Of a stretch of DNA of 64,000 nucleotides, positions 38,397 through 51,644 are shown piece by piece (within the stretch, counting starts at the first letter, position 1; each line of letters opens with the position of its first letter). This DNA is from Scyliorhinus canicula (lineage: Eukaryota). Under the pieces are notes generated by a model, which saw nothing but the letters and a program-made list of their open reading frames with translations, was not told the origin of the DNA and did not search any database. Position numbers and translations under genes: made by a program. The stretch spans positions 121,581,927 through 121,645,926 of the forward strand of contig NC_052151.1 of assembly GCF_902713615.1 (NCBI RefSeq), in the 5' to 3' direction.

Positions 38397-38591
38397 GGGC
38401 GGGATTTTCTGGCCATTTCTGATGGTGGGATCTTCCGGTCCCGTCGACAGTAAGCACCAGCCATGGTTCCCCAGTGGCGGAGGTTGCGAACAACGGGAAA
38501 CCCTGTTGACGGCAGCGAACCCAGAAGATCCCGCCACTGGCCAATTGTGAGCCCTGCAAAAAAGTTGGGTGGGGTGCGGAAAATTCCACCC
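38397..38591. mobile_element. MITE (PIF/Harbinger-like TIRs)
   Basis: TIRs gggcgggattttc / gaaaattccaccc, internal inverted repeats, CpG-rich. Confidence 0.65.
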
Positions 38592-39784
38592 ATTGTCTCT
38601 GAGAATGAGTATGAATTAGTGTCTGTAACTATATAGCCTATTCATCAGTGAGAAAGTTTGTACAGGAAAATAAAAACAAATATTGGAGAGAAGTATATAA
38701 AGATAATAGAAAAATAGAATTTAAGGACAGTCCTGCTGGGCTGGTCATAGTTGAAGCACCTTTCAATATCTGTCCTTTAACTGCCTTCTTGCCTCCTCCT
38801 CACTTTACCCACCAGACCATCAAGGATTCATTCATATTTTGTTGCTTCGACCAAGATTTTAATAGTTGAGGACATACACAGAGGTGAACCCAGTTCCACT
38901 GAACAGGAGATGATTTTTGCGAAAATGCACAAAATATTGAGTAGCCAAAATGGTGCAAATGCATCATGTTTACACTGGAATGAATCCTGGGCCTGGTGGC
39001 TAACATTTTCACACACAACATATGGGTAAGTGCAGACACGTGAAAAATATGCTTTCTGCCAATTTTGAGTATTGGGCTCCTGAAAATCCATGTGCACTGA
39101 ACTGAACATTTTCACAATCGCTATTGAATTTGAATTTGCCTGTGCACAAGAGATGGTAGAAATAATATCACTAAAATGTAATCTTTCTTCAGTCTCCAAT
39201 AAGAAAATGACAAATTAAAGTGGCTATTTAAAAATGTATTAGCTTTAAATTTATGTGAAGGGAAGGTTACATGTAACAAGCTTCCTGCAAGCAAGTTCCT
39301 GGATTAGAAGACACCAATAGTACCTTAAATGTCATTTAAAATGCGTGACTGCATTTTTAACCATTAAAGGACACAAAACATAATAGATTAAAATAAACTA
39401 TGTCATTGATAAAAACTGTGATGTAAAAAGCACCAATTGATCACTGAATTAACCGGTACAATCACTGCCACCCCAAAGATAAAGGCAAATTTTGCGAAGT
39501 ATTGTACTCAAATAATGTTTCTTTAAGGTCGTATTTAAAGGCACATCACGTGGTTTCTGTTGAAAAGAGTAATTCAGAGGCGGCATTGCTTTTTGATCCC
39601 AAACCATCAATGATGGAAGATACAAACATTTAAAAAAAACAGGTACAAGAACAGACCATACTGACCCTCAAGCCTTCCCCCTCAACTGTACTTTCCCACC
39701 TGATCCCCATATTCTTTCATTCACATGGTGTCAATAAATTTATCGATTTCTGACTTGAATATGCTTGATAACCGAGAATTCAAG

Positions 39785-40000
39785 GCAGTAGGGTGGTGCA
39801 GTTGACTCAGTGCCGAGGACCCGGGTCCGATCCGAGCCCCAGGTCACTGTCCGTGTGGAGTTTGCACATTCTCTCCTTGTATGCGTGGGTCTTACCCCCG
39901 CAACCCAAAACGATGTGCAGGGTAGGTGGATTGGCCACGCTAAATTGCCTCTTGATCAGAGAAAAAAAAATTGGAATATCGTAAATTTATTTTAAAAAAA
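39785..40000 (+). mobile_element. Poly(A)-tailed V-SINE variant with 16-bp TSD
   Basis: TSD gataaccgagaattca on both sides (~39767 and 40001); A-rich tail. Confidence 0.85.
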
Positions 40001-40573
40001 GATAACCGAGAATTCACAAATCTTTGGGGTACAGAATTCTAAAGATTCATAACACTAAGAGACCAAAATGATCTGTTTCTCTAACTTCTATTTGTTGCAT
40101 CAGCTTTATAAAATTAAAGTTATATTTATTTTTAAATATTATGCAGTACCCATAGCATCAAACCATCAATACCACTAGCTCTCCAGCTGGTCTCTACTGC
40201 GTTAATTGATCTCTGTTTTGACACCATGCAGAGAGGACAATAGGCCTCATTTCTCCAGGAAGGGAAAAGGAAAACCACCCAGGCTCTCACTTATCATCAC
40301 TATCCGGTGATACTGACTGGAAAATGAAAATCCAGTAAGGACAGAATTAGATCCATCATCCATGTTCCCATGGCAGCCCAAGAGCCTAGGTTCATAAAAT
40401 GAGGTCATGGAAAGGGTACCCACAATTCAGGAAAATATATCTGATTTCTTTCACCTCACTATTAGTGGTTCAGCTAATAGCTACTTAGCTCCAAGCTATT
40501 GGAGGGCTCCAAGATATTGTTAAAAAAACTATCACTTTAACTGAGCTTTAGGTCACCTGTCCTAACATCTTTC

Positions 40574-40698
40574 AAAAGCAAAATACTACGGATGCTGAAA
40601 TAAAGAGCAAAAATGCTGGAAATACTCAGCATGCCTGACAGCATCTGTGGAGAGAGAAACAGAGTTAACACTTCAGATCAATGACCTCTTGTTAGAAC
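40574..40698 (-). mobile_element. Penelope-type terminal-repeat relic with degenerate hammerhead core
   Basis: Minus strand gttctaacaagaggtcattgatctgaagtgttaactctgtttctctctccacagatgctg...gctgagtatttccagcatttt, resembling the common elasmobranch Penelope end (recalled). Confidence 0.6.
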
Positions 40699-42288
40699 CA
40701 CTGCCAGCACCACACTAACATCGAGAGAGCCTAAAAATGAGTTTCTAAAGCAGCATTTGTAGAGAGCAATAGGAAAAAAATAATATAGGACGTAGGCTGA
40801 CAAGCTTTATTGAGACTGCTTCCCAAGGAAGAAATATATAGCCAAGAAAGGTTAATAACTAAACATCAAAACTATAAACTATACTCATTTTGGCACTGTG
40901 AAAGTATGTATTACGATTAGTTGTTAAAAATTGATTTCAACAACATAGTTTTATTTTAATTTACTTGCCTTCACTGACAGCAAGGTAAAACTAAAAGGAC
41001 GAGAACTTGATAAATTGTTATAAATGAATGATTTTGCCATACTGTGATCACTTCGGTTTTGTAAATAATGAAAACCATCACATGTCAAAAGACACATTCT
41101 TCGTGATGTCCAATTAATTGGAAGTCACAGCAGGTTCCTCATGACATGAAGATGCAGCTAACACTGCTATTAGTGTTTAACATTCAACACACTAAAAAAA
41201 GATCTCTTGTGATTAACTTTTTAAAATGGATTGGTCTAAATTTTACTTATTCTATAAACAGTGAAACATTACTCAAGAGGTTTGAGGTATTCCTGTCAGA
41301 TGGAATATACTGGATATTGTACCATTGATAATTATGCATCCTCTTAAGTAACAACTGGATAAAGCAAGTTAAATTAGTGTAATTAATATAGTGCATGTGT
41401 AGATTGCTTTTAAACTATGTAGTTTTTTTCCCCAGAAATCTACCAGTGACTCACTAAAACTACTGACAATCTAGAATTTCTTTTCATAAGAAAATGTCAA
41501 AAGATCAGATTGATACTACAACAAGTATCCTCATCTCTGGCCCTGAAGATTTAAGGCGTTAGAAATCAGCACAACTTAGTAACTAGCCGCTGCAATAAAA
41601 CATGTCTAAAGTTTAAACTGTACCACAAAAAAATGTTTTAATAAATAAAGACGTTCTTCCTATACCCCCCACATCACAACCTCAGCCCCCACCTCATGTA
41701 CCCCACTAAATAGGCATTGTTCAGTCAAACAGATTTCTTCCCTTGCACAAAGAGGCAGATGTAGGATATAAAAAGCAACCCTGGTCACTGCCAGTACACA
41801 GCACCAATGACTTCTAGCCTCGTCTAAGCCAGTGGCGCACAGAAGCAGAACACATTTACCCAATGAATTTATACTGACAGACTTCATATTCCTATAGATA
41901 TAAAGGTGAAGTCCCCTTCTAAAAAATAGTACATTTCCACATTTCCATTGTGTGGACTTCAAACTACAACTATCAAGAAAGTTTGAGGTTGAAGGTTTAC
42001 ATTACACAAAAACACTATTTGACTAAATCTACGCACGCAACTTGGACCCTCCCCCCCCCCCCCTCCCCACTTACCAAACCTTGAACCCAAATATTGATCA
42101 GGTCCAATTCCTTATTCCCAACAAATGAGGATGAGGGCACAACTTAAATTTAAAAAAAGTTTGTAGATAGAATCCAAATTATATATATCTTCAGAACTGT
42201 TACTGTGTTTTAGTCAATGCCCGTATAGTTTGTTTTTTGATGCCAAGCTACATAATCTGTTCATTATTCTTTTATCCTCCAGAGTTGC

Positions 42289-42597
42289 TTATTTCTTGGC
42301 TCGATCAGTCTTTAGTTCAGCTTTTGCACTTGGTCTTTTAAGGCGCCAGTTTCCCACCTTTTCTTGTTCATCTTGTTCTTCCTCGCTATCAGTAAATCTA
42401 TACTGATCACGTTCTTTTGAAGGCTCATGGACCTTTTTAAGGAAGGATACCGGATTAAATGACAACATTTGAGCATTCTGTTTCTTGCCAACTTTTGTAG
42501 ATGTTTTCTTCTTGGTTGACATCTTAGGTTGTTTTTTGCTAAATTTCACCAAGGGCTTGAATTCTTTAGCTGCTTTAGAAGTGGGAAGAAACCAGTC
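42289..42597 (-). CDS. ZNF512: ZNF512 terminal coding exon (DWFLPTSKAAKEFKPLVKFSKK...TDRAKK*)
   Basis: Acceptor acggacag, begins with the conserved DWF, 102 codons plus TAA; Lys-rich low-complexity tail; extends ORF 42289..42552. Confidence 0.88.
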   Translation of the reverse strand, partial: DWFLPTSKAAKEFKPLVKFSKKQPKMSTKKKTSTKVGKKQNAQMLSFNPVSFLKKVHEPSKERDQYRFTDSEEEQDEQEKVGNWRLKRPSAKAELKTDRAKK

Positions 42598-42959
42598 CTG
42601 TCCGTAAAAGCGATGTCAAATCAGTGAAAAGGGAGAAGTACAGATATGTTAATAATGATTACTTTATTGACCATGAATTCTGTATAATTTATGAATTAAT
42701 GCATCAGCCTTTAAGGTATGTTCTTGAGATGATCCAAAAGGATCCATTAAAAAAATTAAATAGAATTATGAATAACATTCTCTTTTTGTCTTATTTCTGT
42801 TGATATTAAAAATCATCCTTTGTTTAAACAAACTAACTTACAAAGTCAGGGATAGACTCAAAGGAATTACTTACTGAACCTAGAAATGTAAATTGACATT
42901 AGCCATAAATGCAGGGATGGGTCAGCATGAAATATTGATGTTACCACCTTCTATAAAAT

Positions 42960-44820
42960 TAATTTACAGGATGTGGCTGTCGCTGGTTAGGCCAGCATAT
43001 ATTGCCCATCCCTAGTTGCCCTTCAGAAGGTGGTGGTGAGTTGTCTTCTTTAACCACTGCAGTCCTTGAGGTGTAGATACACCCACTGTGTTGTTAGGGA
43101 GGGAGTACCAGGATTTTGCCCCAGCAACAGTGAAGGAACGGCGATATATTTCCAAGTGAGGGTGGTGAGCAACTTGGAGGGGTGTGGTGTGGTTCCTAGG
43201 TATCTGCTGCTCTTGTCCTTCCAGATGGTAGTGGGTTTGGAAGGTGCTATCTAAGGAACCTTGGTGAGTTACTGCAGTGCATCTTGTAGATGGTACAGAC
43301 AGCTGCCACTGTCCGTCGGTGGCGGAGGGATTGAATGTTTGTGGAAGGGGGAGCAATAATGTGGGCCTTGTCCTGGATGGTGTTGAGCTTCTGGAGTGTT
43401 GTTGGAGCTGGACTCATCCAGGCGAGTGGAGAGTATTCCATTACATTTCTGACTTGTGCCTTCTAGATGGTGGACAGGCTTTGAAGGATCAGGAGGTGAG
43501 TTACTCACCCTAGGATTCCTAGCCTTTGACCTGTCCTGGTAGCCACAGTATAAATATGACTAGTCCAGGTCAGTTTCTGATCAATGGCAATCCCCAGGAT
43601 GTTGATTGTGATGGATTCAGCAATGGTAATGCCATTGAATGTCAAGGATCGATGGTTAGATCCTCTCTTGTATGAGATGGTCGTTGCCTGGCACTTGTCT
43701 GCAACTTGTCAGCCCAAGCTTGGATACTGTCCAAGTCTTGTTGCATTTGGACATGGGCTGGTTCATTATCTGAGGAGTTGCGAATGGTGCTGATCTTTGA
43801 GCAGTCATTTGCAAACATCCCCAACTTCTAAACTTATGATGGAAGGAAGATCATCGTTCAAACAGCTGAAGATTCTTTTGCCTCGGACACTACCCTGAGG
43901 AGCTCATGCAGTGATGTCCTGGAGCTGATATGATTGACCTCCAACCACCATAACCATTTTCTTTTGTGTCAGATATGACTCCAACCACCGGAGAGTTTCC
44001 CCCCTGATTCCCATTGACTCCAGTTCAGCTAGGGCTCCTTGATGCCACACTCGGTCAAATGCTGCCTTGATGGCAAGGGCAGTCACTCTCACCTCACCTC
44101 AGGCATTCACTCTTGTCCATGCTTGGACCAAGGTTGTTGGATGACACAGTAGCAGTGTTTAGCTTCACAGCGCCAGGGACCCGTGCTCAATTCCCGGCTT
44201 GGGTCACTGTCTGTGCAGAGTCTGCACATTCTCCCTGTCTGTGTGGGTTTCCACCGTGTTCTCCGGTTTCCTCCCACAAGTCCCGAAAGACGTGCCCGTT
44301 AGGTGAATTGGACATTCTGAATTCTCCCTCAGTGTACTCGAACAGGCGCCGGAGTGTTTCAGGGAAGCTTCACAGTAACTTCTTTGCAGTGTTAATGTAA
44401 GCCTATTTGTGACAATAATAAAGACTATATAATATCATAATGAGGTCAGGAGCTGAGTGACCCTAGCAGACTCCGTGAGCTGGTTATTGCTGAATAAGTG
44501 CCACTTTATAGCACTGTTGATGACTCCTTCCATCACTTTGCTGATGATGGAGTAGACTGATAGGGCGGTAATTGGCTGGGTTGCATTTGTCCTGTTTCTT
44601 GTGCACAAGACACACCTGGACAATATTCCACATTGCTAGATAGATGCCAGTGTTGTAGCTGTGCTGGAACAGCTTGGCTAGGGTTGCAGCAAGTTCTGGA
44701 GCACAAGTCTTCAGTACTATTGCCGGGATATTGTCAGGGTCCATAGCCTTTGCCGTATCCAGTGCTTTCAGCCATTCCTTCACATCACATGGAGTGAATT
44801 ATATTGGCTGAAAACTGACA
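42960..44820 (-). mobile_element. CR1/L2-group LINE RT and 3' end (ZNF512 intron)
   Basis: KAMDPDNIP...NPANYRPISLL, IKAAFDRVWHQG, MFANDC; SINE inserted at 44140-44430. Confidence 0.88.
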
Positions 44821-45016
44821 TAAACTTGAGCTCAGCAACCATTTCAAGCCAGTATTCTGATAAGAATATGAAGAATCTATTGACAGCATCTCAGTTAGCC
44901 AGACAAATAGTTTGCACTCATATCTTTAACATATAAACCCTGCTCTATAATAAAGTCTCAAAGTCCTTGATGTTATCTACAGTGAAACAAATTTTATTCA
45001 GCATGGTCCAACATTT

Positions 45017-45342
45017 GGGGCCTCACGGTAGCATGGTGGTTAGCATCAATGCTTCACAGCTCCAGGGTCCCAGGTTCGATTCCCGGCTGGGTCACTGTCT
45101 GTGTGGAGTCTGCACGTCCTCCCTGTGTGTGCGTGGGTTTCCTCCGGGTGCTCCGGTTTCCTCCCACAGTCCAAAGATGTGCGGGTTAGGTGGATTGGCC
45201 ATGCTAAATTGCCCGTAGTGTAAGGTTAATGGGGGGATTGTTGGGTTACGGGTATACGGGTTACGTGGGTTTAAAGTAGGGTGATCATTGTTCGGCACAA
45301 CATTGAGGGCCGAAGGGCCTGTTCTGTGCTGTACTGTTCTAT
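45017..45342 (+). mobile_element. HE1 V-SINE
   Basis: Near-consensus head and V-domain, CR1-type tail gggccgaagggcctgttctgtgctgtactgttcta. Confidence 0.9.
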
Positions 45343-45539
45343 TAGTAAACAAAACTGGAGATTCATACTAATACCTACATATCTAAATCGGGGCAATGCA
45401 GAAATCTACTAATTGAACATGGAATAAGTGTAAGTTTACAATTTCTTGGAAGTAAAAAAAATTATAAATGCAAAGCAATTAACTAATTAGGATTGATTTA
45501 AAAGAAAATTCTGGTTGTGAAAATTATAAAGGTTTTTAC

Positions 45540-45638
45540 CTCAAAATGTACGTTATTAATATGATACTTCACTCCACTCTCAGAGCTGAATTCCTTTACA
45601 CACAGCAGACACTTGTACTTTCCAGCAACATATTCCCC
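45540..45638 (-). CDS. ZNF512: ZNF512 coding exon, C2H2 finger ([33 protein letters not shown])
   Basis: 99 nt, phase 0/0, acceptor ccactag and donor gtaaaa. C-x2-C...H-x4-H finger matching [33 protein letters not shown]. Confidence 0.94.
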
Positions 45639-45989
45639 CTAGTGGTTTAAGAAAAACACAACTATTAGCCGTTAAAATACCAATAAAATAACTTTAGGTG
45701 AGATATTGCATGGCTTTTCTTTTTTCCCCGCATGGTGAGGAACATCAGCCCTGAGGGACGGACTTTTGTTGTTTCAGCCAGCTACTGCAGCAACAAGCAC
45801 TCCAGGTCAGGCGAAACACAGCTCGACGCAGAGTAAAATACGTTTCTACTCTCCCAGCAATATGGAAAGCAAAGGAAACAGTGACATCTGTGCATACACT
45901 GCGATCTCCTGAGTACAATAGCTGAATCATTACATTATCTTCTCCCTGCCATTTAAATAAAACAACAAAATTTGAGTTCTTCAAGGCAT

Positions 45990-46630
45990 CTCTTGAATGA
46001 TCTTCTACCATCACCACATGACATCACTGAATCTGCCACCACGGACATCCCAGGAATTACTCAGAACCAGAAACTGAACTAGAGCAGCCGTGTAAATAGT
46101 CCGTATTTTCTGTTGATGTAAGTACTGTGGCTACAAGAGCAGGTCAGAGGCTGGGAATTCTGCAGTGAGTAACACAATTTCCTGACTCCCCAAAACCTCT
46201 TCACAATGTACAAGGCACCAGTCAGGATTGTCATGGAGCCCTCTTCATTTGCCTGGATAGAGTGCAGTTCCAACAACACTCGTGGAACTCAACACCATCT
46301 AGGACAAAGCAATCTGTTTCATTGGCATCCCATCCACCACCTTAAACATTCACTCCCTCTACCACCAACGGACAGTGGCAGCAGTCTGTACGAACTACAA
46401 GATGCACTGCAGCAATTCACAAAGGCTCCTTCAACAGCACCTTCCAAACCCGTGACCTCTACCAGCTAGAAGGTCAAAGTCAGCAGATGCATGTGAACAC
46501 CAGAATCTGCAAATTACGCTCCAAGTCAGTCACCATCCTGACTTGGAAATGTATTGTCTTTTTTTCCCTGTCGCTGGGTCAAATCCCTTCCTAACAGCAC
46601 TGCTGATGTACCAATACTACATGGACTCTC
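45990..46630 (+). mobile_element. CR1/L2-group LINE 3' fragment
   Basis: TVATRAGQRLGIL, MYKAxVR remnants; same family as 6870-8180. Confidence 0.75.
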
Positions 46631-47369
46631 TTCTGTGGATTGGCACCTTGATGTGCTGGAGAGTGTAGAAGCGTTTTCAAGAACTGAGTATTGAGCTGGC
46701 TTTTAAATGGGGAGCTTCCTTCTTAGTTATGGCTCAGCTAAACACAAACACGCACGGAGACAGCAACTGTGGTTAAGGTGGCTTTATTTTCCAAGCTTGG
46801 TCAACGTAAGAGGGAGAGTGATTTGGATAAACGTCAAAACCACCATGTTTTACATTGCTCTGGGTTCAGTAGTTATACAATTTCCAAAAATCAGCAGCCC
46901 ACCCCATTTTGACTCGATCCGATTCTTGCAGCTGTCGATTTTACCTTAACCAATGAATTTTACTTTAGGCAGCATGGTGACTGCGTGATCAGCTCATAAT
47001 TTAGCCCCATGTTCACTGGCCATCTGTTGTTTTTCAAGACCCTCCCTAACTCTCATTTCTCTTATTTCAGTTGGTTCCTGCCCGTACCATGGTCTGTCTG
47101 AGCACTGGATGCTGAACTGTTTATTGAGCTGGCGGTGGAATTACTGACCATGTTATTTCTGTCTCCCTTAGGAATGTGGTCAAGTAAGTTAGCTTAAATC
47201 CCATCACACATCGCGGACACTGCTATTAGCAAGAGTTTAAACACTTATTATTGCTATGTTCTAAGAATACATATTTAATGGGTGATAATGATTACTGGGT
47301 ATAGTTTCTATGATTAGTCTCAATCCTCAATAAACTAACTTACATAGAGCTATTCTAGTGTTATCCTAG

Positions 47370-50300
47370 CTATCCGGTTGTAAAGGGTCTCATCTCAGGA
47401 CACCTCCTTCAGAGCGGCTTGAGCGTTCTGTTCATCCCGAGAACGATGCTCCTGGCAGGGTCACCCGTGATGGTAAGGTCGGTGGGGAGGAACCAAACAA
47501 AGCATAATCCAAAACAAGTCCTCAAGGGCGGATCAGGCAGAAAATACTTGTGTGATATTAACGGCTGGGATAGCAGGTGAAGGCTGCAGCAATAGGGAGA
47601 TGCCCAGTCGGAGGTTCCCTTGCCACTGGAACTGAACTTATCCTCTGTCAAGTATCGTGCATCTGCTGATGTGCAACAGCATTCCCCATAAGTCCCACAC
47701 AAGGATTCTGTCTAGAAGAAACCAGCACACTTCCCCCCCCCCCCCCCCCCCCCCCACACAAATTAGTCCTGCGGTGTTCGGTAAGGTGACGGGGATAGGA
47801 ACGCGAGGCCTGGCTGTCCCTAGCATGTAGGTGGTGGAGTTTGATTCAGTTGTCTCGCTCTTGGAATAGGAACAGGAGGGCATATTGGCAGTTTTCTTCA
47901 CGACTGAACAGCTATCTTCAGGATTAACTCTGCTCACCCCAGTTCCACCTGGCTGGCAAACCAGATCTTGCAGGCTCATCTACCTGCGGTCAGTAAAACA
48001 AAGTTAAACTGAATCTCAGAACCTGGAATGTACAAACCCTCATGGATAACGAGCAAAACAATCGACCGGACTGGAAAAACGGGTTGTCCATGAACTCGGG
48101 CAATTCAACATTGATGATGATGCCCTGCAAGAGACCTAAAGAGCAGATGAAGGGCAGCTGAGGGAAGACAATGGTGGACACCTTCTGGAGAGGAAAACCC
48201 TAGGATCAGCCCAGGACTCAGAACTGGATTCACCATCAAGATCTAACTCGATAACAGACTTTCGGAGATCCCTGTCAGCATCATCGAATCATAGAATTTA
48301 CAGTGCAGAAGGAGGCTAGCCATTCGGCCCATCGACTCTGCACCGGCATTTGGAAAGAGCACTAAGCCCACACCTCCACCCGATCCCTGTAACCCAGTAA
48401 CCACACCTCACCATTTTGGCCCAAAGGGCAATTTAGCATGGCCAATCCACCTAACCTGCACATCTTTGGACTGTGGGAGGAAACTGGAGGAAACCCACTC
48501 AGACTCAGACAGAACGTAGGGCAGCACGGTAGCATAGTGGTTAGCACAAATGCTTCACAGCTCCAGGGTCCCAGGTTTGATTCCCGGCTTGGGTCACTGT
48601 CTGTGCGGAATCTGCACATTCTCCCAGTGTGTGCGTGGGTTTCCTCCTGATGCTCCGGTTTCCTCCCACAGTCCAAGGTGGATTGGCCATGGTAAAATTG
48701 CCCTTAGTGTTAGGTGGGGTTACTGGGTTATGGGGATAGGGTGGAGGTGTGGGCTTGGGTAGGGTGCTCTTTCCAAGAGCCGGTGCAGACTCAATGGGCC
48801 GAATGGCCTCCTTCTGCACTGTAAATTCTATGAAACGTGCAGACTCCGCAGAGACAGTGACCTAAGCTGGGAATCGAACCTGGGACCCTGGTACTGTGAA
48901 GCAACAGTGCTAACCACGGTGCGACCGCGCCGGCCAACGTGTGCCTCATGACACTCCATCTACAACTTGTCAAGAACCAGCAGGCAACGTCGTGAGTGTC
49001 TACGCCCTTAACCCATGATACCAATGACGAGTCCCAAGAAGCCTTCTACTTTACTCTGAAAGCCATATCTTCCTTAGGAATGGAAGATATAATCATCGTC
49101 CTTTCAACACCAGTGTCAGAAAGAACTCCCAACTCTGGAAAGGATGCATTGGAAAGGAAGGAGTTGAGATCTCCAATAGGGTTCGCCTGCTCACCAAAAG
49201 ACCACCAGCTCATCATCACTAACGTTCCGCCAAAAAGACAAGTTCAAGACTTCCTGGAGAGATCCACGATCAAAGCACCTACACATGATTGACTTCGGCA
49301 TTGTCCGATCCAGAGATCAAAAGGATGCCCTCGACAAAGTGAGGACCAGTGCAGAAGACTGCTAGACAGACCATTAATTCATGCCCTCCTCTATGTCCAT
49401 CGAACTCCACCAGAAGCAGTGGACAATGAAGAGAGAGCGCAGAAAAAATATCAGCATTGAATGGCTTCAAGAGCCAAGCATGCAAACAAACTTCCAACAA
49501 TGTCTTTGCCAAAATCACCAACCGTTTATTCTAATGGAGTGAAGAAAAATGGGTAAGAGCTGAAGATGACCATCATCTCAAGCGGTGAAAAAACCATCGG
49601 GCTAGAAGACAAGGAAACATCAAAACTGCTTCGACGAGAATGACCACATCATCCAAGGCCTCATTGACAAGATGAAGAAAGCACTCCGTGCCTGGGAAAA
49701 TAACATCACCAACCAGGCAAAAAGAGGAGAGCTTATCGATCAGCAAAGGAGGCGGTACACACAACTAGGAAAATCAAGAACCAATGGTGGAGTAAGAAAG
49801 CCAAGGAGTTGCAACTCCTCGCTGACAGGTACAACACCTGCAGCTTCCTCAATGCCACCAAGGCAATAGTCTGCGTGGGTTTCCTCCGGGTGCTCTGGTT
49901 TCCTCCCACAAGTCCCAATAAACGTACTGTGAGGTGAATTGGACATTCTGAATTCTCCCTGTGGACGCGAACAGGCGGCAGAATGTGGTGACTTGGGGAT
50001 TTTCACACTAACTTCATTGCAGTGTGAATGCAAGCCTACTTGTGACAATAATAAAGATAATTAATTATCATCCTCAGCTTCAAACCGGCAGATATTAAGA
50101 CCAGAATCCTTTTGAGACAGGGAAAACATCGGCCTTCGATGGAGAGAAGACTTCGAAATACTCCTAAACTATGATCTAATTGTAGATGAGCAAGTGTTCA
50201 AGGAAATCCCCCAACTTTCCATCAAAGATGACCTTGGACTCCCAAGTGCTGGTGAAGTCAAAGCTGCTATTAAACAGATGAAGAATGTAAAAGCTGCAAG

Positions 50301-50790
50301 ATGGGATTCCAGCAGAGATTTTCAAACTTGGAGGAGAGGAGATCACCCGTCATCTCCATCAGCTGCTCTAAAAACTTTGGGTCAGGGATGCCGTTATCAA
50401 CCATCTTCAAGAACGGAGACAGAGCGGACTGTGGGAATTACTGAGGAATCCCGCTACTCTCCATCGCCAGGAAGATCATCACCCAAATCCTCGCTAGCCG
50501 CCTTTCCCCAGTCTCTGATGAAATCCTTGCAGAAAGCCAGTGTGACATCCGACCAAACCATGGACCAATGGACATGATTTTCGTTGCTCAACGACTTCAA
50601 GAGAAATGCCAGGGGCAACATCAATCACTCCACATGGCCTTCATTGATCTGACCCAGGCTTTTGACTCAGTGAATCAGGAAGTGCTGTGGAAGACTCTGT
50701 CAAAGGATGACTGTCCAGAAATATTCACCAACATCTTCCGAAACCTTCACAACAAGATGTTGCCAATAGTCCTCACCAGCGGAAACTTGA
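47370..50790 (+). mobile_element. RTE LINE 5' half (5'UTR, endonuclease, start of RT) with nested SINEs
   Basis: LRTWNVQTLMD...ALQET...EGQLRE (48.0-48.2k), HQLIITN, HxIDF, DMIFVAQRLQEKC...AFIDLTQAFDSVN (50.57-50.67k). 5' boundary is approximate. Confidence 0.8.
48285..48925. mobile_element. HE1 SINE (+, 48519-48832) inserted into an antisense HE1 SINE
   Basis: The minus-strand copy is split into 48285-48517 and 48833-48925; aacgt is duplicated at the junctions. Confidence 0.85.
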
Positions 50791-51056
50791 GAGTTATGAA
50801 ATTTTCTTCACTATACAATCAGGCAAAGTTAAAACGAAGAAAAATTAACATGGATGGTAGATAAGTGACCGTGAACAGAAATGAACATGCGCAATGACCT
50901 AACGGGTGGTCCAAATAGGGTTAGATTTAGCTCAAGTACAAATTGCTGCATGCTACTAAAGGGACGTCTAGGAGGCTAAAGCTCCAGTCCAGACTTTACA
51001 ACAGAAGCACATTATAAATGTCCTTTTTCTGAACCTTAAATAAAAGTTATACCTAC

Positions 51057-51119
51057 CCTCGTGCAAGAACCAAGATGAGCCTTCAACCCTGATACACTGG
51101 TATAATTAGAACCACAATC
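51057..51119 (-). CDS. ZNF512: ZNF512 coding exon ([21 protein letters not shown])
   Basis: 63-nt exon absent from the ORF track, read manually. Acceptor ttcttttttag and donor gtaggt. Matches [21 protein letters not shown] and completes the C2HC-type finger. Confidence 0.92.
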
Positions 51120-51298
51120 CTAAAAAAGAAATTGGGTGTTAAAATGCCATTTTAAATGTCACTTTGAACATTTTAGTTCCATGAATGTCATAGAATCTAA
51201 GCACTTTGTTGTTAAACTTGAAATATACAGGTTAACACAAATTGTACTCAAGGGTTGAAGGCAACATGGCAGACTACATGGAGATTCAGATCAATACA

Positions 51299-51644
51299 CT
51301 GGCCCAGATTTTCACCATGGAAAGTACACACGTTGTGGTAGAAATGGCAGAAGTGGCCTTACGTCCCACCACAAACATGGTAGTGCAGGAGTGGAAATGG
51401 GGACAGGGTGCGTTTCGTGCTTGCAGGGGTTATGGATCCAGCTGAGCATTTAAATCATCAGATGTCTCCACTGTTTAGGCCAGGAGTGTGAAACACGAAG
51501 TGTGCAGATTAGACCAGGTAAGAGCAGGTCTGAACTTTATTAATTAACTGGCAAGCACATTGGAATGGTCAATAGACACGTCAACTGTCAACGGCAGTTC
51601 TCCCATCTCTGTGCACCCAACCCAGGAGTGCAAATCTGGACCAG
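51299..51644. mobile_element. MITE-like element
   Basis: Terminal inverted repeats ctggcccagattt / aaatctggaccag. Confidence 0.45.

Noticed and set aside
47555-47645. HDV-like ribozyme in the RTE 5'UTR (ggctggg/cccagtc pairing plus ggttcc/ggaact hairpin)
   Set aside because: No P3/L3 (UCC-type loop) or convincing P2 and catalytic J4/2 could be placed.
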